Source: a virus. Taken from it: a stretch of DNA of 64,000 bases. Below are positions 59,318-64,000 of this stretch, one piece after another (position 1 is the first letter of the stretch; every line of letters begins with the position of its first letter). Below the pieces are notes generated by a model. The model worked only from the letters and a program-made list of their open reading frames with translations, searched no databases and was not told where the DNA came from. The stretch covers positions 32,001 through 96,000 of the IMG/VR virus record IMGVR_UViG_3300046787_000327. The stretch is one strand, 5' to 3'. The translations under genes were made by a program, and so were the position numbers.

Positions 59318-60148
59318 ATGGACTTTTATTATTTTGGTGGATTTATTGGTGATCAACAGGTTCAGCATATTGAAGATCATCATTTTGCAGGAATATTGTT
59401 TACCTATGATATCCGCCAAGGTGATTTTTTTACCAGAGTGGCAAGAGATATAGATCTTAGCAAAAAGATCAAATATATGGTGGCTATCAGACCATATGTC
59501 ATATCTCCACAGTACCTGTCAATGATATCTCAGTCAATGCATGACATAATGCCAAATAGATTACAGATAAATCTTATATCTGGACACATAAAGCCTCATG
59601 AAAAAGAGGTTGGCGGTGTTTTAGGAAACCTAAACGATTCATCTTCTCATATTGATAAGTCTAATTATCTAATTGAATATATTGAATGCCTAGACAAACT
59701 AAAAAACTCTATTCAAAAAACTGCAGTACCAGATTATTATGTTTCAACTACTAATCAATACGTATTTGATGCAGCATCTAAATTGAATAATAAAATGATT
59801 ATTCAGTATGCAGAATATAACCAGGGGTGTTGGACTAACTATGAGAACTACCAAACTAACAATCAGATAGTGACTATGGGTGAAAAAATTGATGTTAAAG
59901 GTAAAGACATAATGATATCTATTGCTCCTATTTTAAGAAAAACACAAGAAGAGATTGATTCATTAGAAAAATCAAAGCATACAACAGACACTGCTTATTT
60001 TACCTATGATGAGTTTGAGGCAAGAATCGAAGAAATAAAGAAAGATGGCATAAATCAATTAATGTTTATCTCTTGGCCAACGGAAGAGAGAGAATATGTA
60101 ATGGATTTTGTGAAACAATATAAAGAAAAGGAATTGGCTATTCTATAG
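59318..60148 (+). CDS. Luciferase-like flavin monooxygenase (SsuD-like, divergent)
   Basis: IKYMVAIRPYVISP...RLQINLISG matches the LLM/SsuD pattern. Confidence 0.65.
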   Translation: MDFYYFGGFIGDQQVQHIEDHHFAGILFTYDIRQGDFFTRVARDIDLSKKIKYMVAIRPYVISPQYLSMISQSMHDIMPNRLQINLISGHIKPHEKEVGGVLGNLNDSSSHIDKSNYLIEYIECLDKLKNSIQKTAVPDYYVSTTNQYVFDAASKLNNKMIIQYAEYNQGCWTNYENYQTNNQIVTMGEKIDVKGKDIMISIAPILRKTQEEIDSLEKSKHTTDTAYFTYDEFEARIEEIKKDGINQLMFISWPTEEREYVMDFVKQYKEKELAIL

Positions 60149-60193
60149 TCATTATGCTATATTAATGTAGCATTATTTACACTAGGAGAAAAA

Positions 60194-60490
60194 ATGAACA
60201 GCACACAACTAAAGGCACTGCTTGCATCATACGGACGATCAGTTCTTGCAGCAGCGACAACACTGTACATGGCAGGGGTAACAGATCCAAAGGATCTTGC
60301 ATACTCATTGGCTGGAGCACTTATTCCAGTAGTACTTCGCTATGCAAACCCTAATGATAAGGCGTTTGGTCGTCTTCCAGAGGTTGCAGAAGTGGAACTA
60401 GCACTCAAGACAGTAAAGCCAGTAAAGGCACCTGTTAAGAAGGCTGCTGTCAAGAAGACAGTTGCAAAGAAGTCAGCACCAAAGAAGTAG
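60194..60490 (+). CDS. Putative holin-like membrane protein with Lys/Ala-rich tail
   Basis: Two hydrophobic segments; RYANPNDKAFG; KKAAVKK tail. Confidence 0.5.
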   Translation: MNSTQLKALLASYGRSVLAAATTLYMAGVTDPKDLAYSLAGALIPVVLRYANPNDKAFGRLPEVAEVELALKTVKPVKAPVKKAAVKKTVAKKSAPKK

Positions 60491-60501
60491 TATAATTAAA
60501 T

Positions 60502-60588
60502 CCTATACACCCAGACACCTGGGCAGTGTAGGTAACACAAGGGTCGCTACCCCTTGGATGGTGTCCTGAGCATGACCATAAACTGCTC
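60502..60588 (+). ncRNA. Candidate structured ncRNA (two hairpins + pseudoknot)
   Basis: TATAAT at 60491-60496, no plausible ORF, extensive pairing potential, terminal motif repeated at 52863. Confidence 0.5.
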
Positions 60589-60614
60589 GCTATTAGTTCT
60601 GGTATAATTAAAAT

Positions 60615-60788
60615 ATGACACGACAAAGCCACGAATACAAAGAAGAAGATGCTGCAGTTGATCTTCTCATCCACACGAAATCCCCAACTAAGTGGCTGCT
60701 TATTGATAGAGAAACTGGTCAAGTTTACCAGGGTAATGTCAATGGGTACTGGGATAGGCTAGACCCAGTTTCTAAAGACATGATATAA
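60615..60788 (+). CDS. Hypothetical protein (57 aa, not in ORF track)
   Basis: MTRQSHEYKEEDAAVDLLIHTKSPTKWLLIDRETGQVYQG...; leaderless TGgTATAAT 60600-60608. Confidence 0.65.
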   Translation: MTRQSHEYKEEDAAVDLLIHTKSPTKWLLIDRETGQVYQGNVNGYWDRLDPVSKDMI

Positions 60789-60795
60789 TGTTTGC

Positions 60796-61068
60796 ATGAC
60801 AATCCACTTAAACCCATACCTCAGTTCATCAGAGGCAACAAGAATTTCTCCAAACGGAGTGCACTCAGGTGTAGATATTACAGTTCAAAATCTAAGCGAC
60901 ACAGCGTATGTCTACATTGGTGCAGATGATGTTAATCCAGAAAGTTTTGGATACCGCCTTTCTCCAGGAGCAGCATGGTCTGTTGAACTACCTGGTACAG
61001 ACTCTCTTTATGCAATTGCAGAGGAACCTACATATATCGCAGTATTGCAGACTGGACTTGAGAACTAA
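60796..61068 (+). CDS. Small beta-rich protein (possible virion accessory)
   Basis: ITVQNLSDTAYVYIG...GYRLSPG...LYAI; leaderless TGaTATAAT. Confidence 0.6.
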   Translation: MTIHLNPYLSSSEATRISPNGVHSGVDITVQNLSDTAYVYIGADDVNPESFGYRLSPGAAWSVELPGTDSLYAIAEEPTYIAVLQTGLEN

Positions 61069-63524
61069 TGGCACGGTTTACTGGAGCAGAGGGCAGTAAC
61101 AATGGTGGAGCAGCACTCAACTATGTCCAAGTAGTTGGCACACAGCAGACAATCTCATCTGCACCTAATTCAATTGTCGATCTTAATATTACAACAACAG
61201 GTAAGCCTGTACAAATTTCCGTAACTGGTGAAGGTGCTAATGCAAATGCTGGTTCTTGGTTAAGACTTAATTTATTCCGTGACGATGTTGAAATCGGAAA
61301 TGCTATTCAGATGGAGTCATCTGCAGCATCTGAAAATGTTCCATTTGCAATTAACTTTATTGACGATGTTCAGGCAGGTACATACAACTACTCTGCTCGT
61401 GTTACAACACTTGCTGGAGGCAACTGGACATTTGGCGAGGCTGCTGGTCCTGTTATGAATGCCGTTGAACTTACAGGATTTAAGGGTGATCGTGGTCTTA
61501 GAGGACTTACTGGTGATCAAGGTCCACAAGGTGAGCCTGGTCCTGCAGGATCTGGTGGTGGAGATTTAGTTATTCCAACAGCAATCAAGGATGAAAACGA
61601 TTCTGACTTTATTACTTTTACAAGAACAAATACTGGAACTGCCCGTATTGATGCACCACAGGATGACCTCTCACTTCGTTCTGCTGCAGACATCACTCTT
61701 TATGCTGGAACAGATGGACCAGGAAACGTTTATATTGGTTGGGGAGATGCAGAGTATACTCCTGACTCACCAAACCGTGTAGCAACTATTGGAGATATTC
61801 AGGCAGAATCAAATCATGGAGATTTCTATTTTGATGCAACAACACTAAAGGTAGATTCTTCAAATGATATGGTTTTAGAAGCAAACGAAGGTGATGGAAC
61901 TATTGCTGCACAGATAAAAGTTGGTGCTGGATATGTTCCAATTGATATCGCTGCCTATGAAGTACAGGAAAATTCATTTAATACTGGAGATTGGTCTGCA
62001 GCCGAATGGCAGCAAGATGGTTATGGTGCAGGACTGATTGCTTTAACTGGTATGACAAACTTGGAACAATATCTTAATAACTTTAATGGGGATTTTCAAA
62101 AGATTCTTATAAATAACTCTACACTAGTTGTTTATAACGGCGCAAGTTATGGTGGCGGAAATGCAACTATCTATGTTTCTGAAGCACCAATAGAAACAAC
62201 AGCAGTTAACGATTTAACTTTTATTCAGTCCCTTCGTTCTGGCTTAAGAATTGATCTAGATGATTCACAAATGGATCTCAATGCCCCTAACATGGACCTA
62301 GGTCTTTATGCAGGAGATGATCTAGACATTAGTGCTGGAGATGACATTAGATTCTATTCTAACAACAATAATAACAGTTATCAGTGGAGAATGACTTCAG
62401 ACGGAATGTTTGAACTTCCAGGTGATGGATATATTTCAAATCCTTCACAGTCTTCTGGCGATGGATATAATAATGACACAATTCATATTGTTCCAGATAG
62501 CGATTTAAATTCAGATCAGTACTTAATTATTGATCCAACCGCTCCAAACCATATTCATATTCGTGCAGGTGGAACACAAGATTCTTCCAATGCTGATTTA
62601 ATTATTGGCGGGGAACTGACCAATGTAAGAGTATCTGATGGAGACAGAAATGTAACTATTAGTTCAAAGCCACTTCCACAGTCAATGGCTCATCTAAATG
62701 TTAATGCTGTACCAGGAGATAATTTTATAACAAACGATGTTGTAACTGCTACTCCAGGATGGACAGTAGAAGTAGATGGTATTTCATACCAAATCTCTGA
62801 TGTTTATTATGACAATCCTTCACCAGGACAGACTACCATGGTTGCTCCAGGTGCAATTTTTATTTATGAAGGAGTTTACAATGTGTTTGCTCCACAATCT
62901 ACACTTCAGTGGGAATTTGATTACAATGGAACTCTATATGGTCCAGCAGGAGGTTATGTAACTGTTGCAGGAATTACAGGAGAGCCAGGGGATAACATAT
63001 TTAATGTTGTTGCAGATCAAAATCTTGTATTGCAAAATGGTGAAGGCTATGGAGCATATCTAAATGACTCTAACAGTGGTTTAAACCAGATTGCAACAAT
63101 TGGAGATTTAAACAACATTTATTCAGGCGAGGTGTCATTTACTGTTAATGGTGGCTCTCTCGGAACAATGCCAACATTTAATGGTGCCCCACTATTTAGC
63201 GGTACATATGTAAAGACAGGACCAATGGTACACTTCCAGATCCAAGTAGATATGGATAACATTACTAACTTTGGTACTGGACAATACTATGTTGATCTAC
63301 CGTTCGATGCTAAGTATGCTTACCAAGTAAGAGAAGGCTGCCTGCATGATATTTCAACAAGCAATCAGTTTGCTATTGGTGGCCATGTTGCAGCAGGAAC
63401 TAATAGATTATTACTAACATACACTGGTTCTAATGGACAAGATGAGGTTTTTGATCATGACAGTCCAGTAAACCTAAATGTTGCAGATAACTTCCATGTT
63501 TCTGGTACCTACATTTCTCAGTAG
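61068..63524 (+). CDS. Collagen-repeat fibre/appendage protein
   Basis: GFKGDRGLRGLTGDQGPQGEPGPAG; internal repeat NRVATIGDI/NQIATIGDL; tail-fibre-like C-terminal domain. Confidence 0.65.
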   Translation: MARFTGAEGSNNGGAALNYVQVVGTQQTISSAPNSIVDLNITTTGKPVQISVTGEGANANAGSWLRLNLFRDDVEIGNAIQMESSAASENVPFAINFIDDVQAGTYNYSARVTTLAGGNWTFGEAAGPVMNAVELTGFKGDRGLRGLTGDQGPQGEPGPAGSGGGDLVIPTAIKDENDSDFITFTRTNTGTARIDAPQDDLSLRSAADITLYAGTDGPGNVYIGWGDAEYTPDSPNRVATIGDIQAESNHGDFYFDATTLKVDSSNDMVLEANEGDGTIAAQIKVGAGYVPIDIAAYEVQENSFNTGDWSAAEWQQDGYGAGLIALTGMTNLEQYLNNFNGDFQKILINNSTLVVYNGASYGGGNATIYVSEAPIETTAVNDLTFIQSLRSGLRIDLDDSQMDLNAPNMDLGLYAGDDLDISAGDDIRFYSNNNNNSYQWRMTSDGMFELPGDGYISNPSQSSGDGYNNDTIHIVPDSDLNSDQYLIIDPTAPNHIHIRAGGTQDSSNADLIIGGELTNVRVSDGDRNVTISSKPLPQSMAHLNVNAVPGDNFITNDVVTATPGWTVEVDGISYQISDVYYDNPSPGQTTMVAPGAIFIYEGVYNVFAPQSTLQWEFDYNGTLYGPAGGYVTVAGITGEPGDNIFNVVADQNLVLQNGEGYGAYLNDSNSGLNQIATIGDLNNIYSGEVSFTVNGGSLGTMPTFNGAPLFSGTYVKTGPMVHFQIQVDMDNITNFGTGQYYVDLPFDAKYAYQVREGCLHDISTSNQFAIGGHVAAGTNRLLLTYTGSNGQDEVFDHDSPVNLNVADNFHVSGTYISQ

Positions 63525-63542
63525 TCTGGTATAATAAATAGT

Positions 63543-63875
63543 ATGACTACTGCACCTATTCCTGAAAATCCAATCATGCCTACTCAAACCTATGAGGGGT
63601 GTGAGTGTGAAACATGTGCAGAAAATAATACCTCTTGTGCTACCTGCCCTGATTGTGGTGGTATGGATGCAGAAACAGAAATGGCTATGTATGATGCTTC
63701 TATTGGCAAGGCTGACCCCTGCTGGGAAGGCTATGTTCAAAGAGGGATGAAGCCAGGGGATAATGGACAGCCAGTCCCTAACTGTGTTCCAGTTGCTAAG
63801 TTAGATGAAATGTTTTCTAATTTTGGCAAGGATTATACAAGATCAACTACTAGTAACTATAGAATGGAAGATTAA
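63543..63875 (+). CDS. Cys-rich protein
   Basis: CECETC...CATCPDC plus DPCWEGY...VPNCVP; leaderless TGgTATAAT. Confidence 0.6.
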   Translation: MTTAPIPENPIMPTQTYEGCECETCAENNTSCATCPDCGGMDAETEMAMYDASIGKADPCWEGYVQRGMKPGDNGQPVPNCVPVAKLDEMFSNFGKDYTRSTTSNYRMED

Positions 63876-64000
63876 TGCCAAAGAAGAAGGCTGGATCATT
63901 TAACGACACTCAGATCAAAGATGGATGGATTGTAAAGATCCGCAAGGATGGCACTATAAAGGCCATTGTAGGCCCGTACGAGCCCAAACACCCTAACAAG
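63875..64000 (+). CDS. Small basic protein, 3'-truncated
   Basis: MPKKKAGSFNDTQIKDGWIVKIRKDG...; TAATG coupling. Confidence 0.55.
   Translation, partial: MPKKKAGSFNDTQIKDGWIVKIRKDGTIKAIVGPYEPKHPNK

Noticed and set aside
60538-60556. Hairpin resembling a tRNA T-arm
   Set aside because: No cloverleaf, acceptor stem or TTC loop; kept only as part of the ncRNA candidate
1-64000. Stop-codon reassignment
   Set aside because: Core genes are full length in the standard code, and TAA, TAG and TGA all terminate genes

Overview
A 64-kb internal segment of a large tailed dsDNA phage (siphovirus-like). The host is most likely an actinobacterium: it carries whiB, many leaderless extended -10 promoters, and a surface protein resembling those of freshwater acI/Nanopelagicales (recalled, not searched). 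All confidently called genes except one are on the + strand. Gene order: SDR fragment and class II ribonucleotide reductase (1-2.5 kb); head, neck and tail module with a 3048-aa tape measure (2.5-32.4 kb); replication/recombination module with DnaB, primase, SSB, DnaE, MazG-like, RecA, Cas4-like and RuvC-like genes (32.4-43.8 kb); terminase (44.3-46.6 kb); accessory region (46.6-64 kb) with secreted/surface proteins, proteases, endolysin, oxygenases, thioredoxin, nuclease, WhiB and a collagen-containing fibre. No tRNA, rRNA, CRISPR array, integrase or intein was seen. Best leads: (1) a host-envelope cassette whose PA14/coiled-coil gene appears to start at a non-canonical ATC codon; (2) tail chaperones G and GT apparently encoded as two paralogous genes rather than by a frameshift; (3) a promoter-driven structured ncRNA candidate ending in a pseudoknot that recurs elsewhere with a compensatory change; (4) a promoter nested in an RBS-sequestering inverted repeat; (5) apparent avoidance of AGCT. 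All functional calls come from motif recognition by eye; no searches were run.
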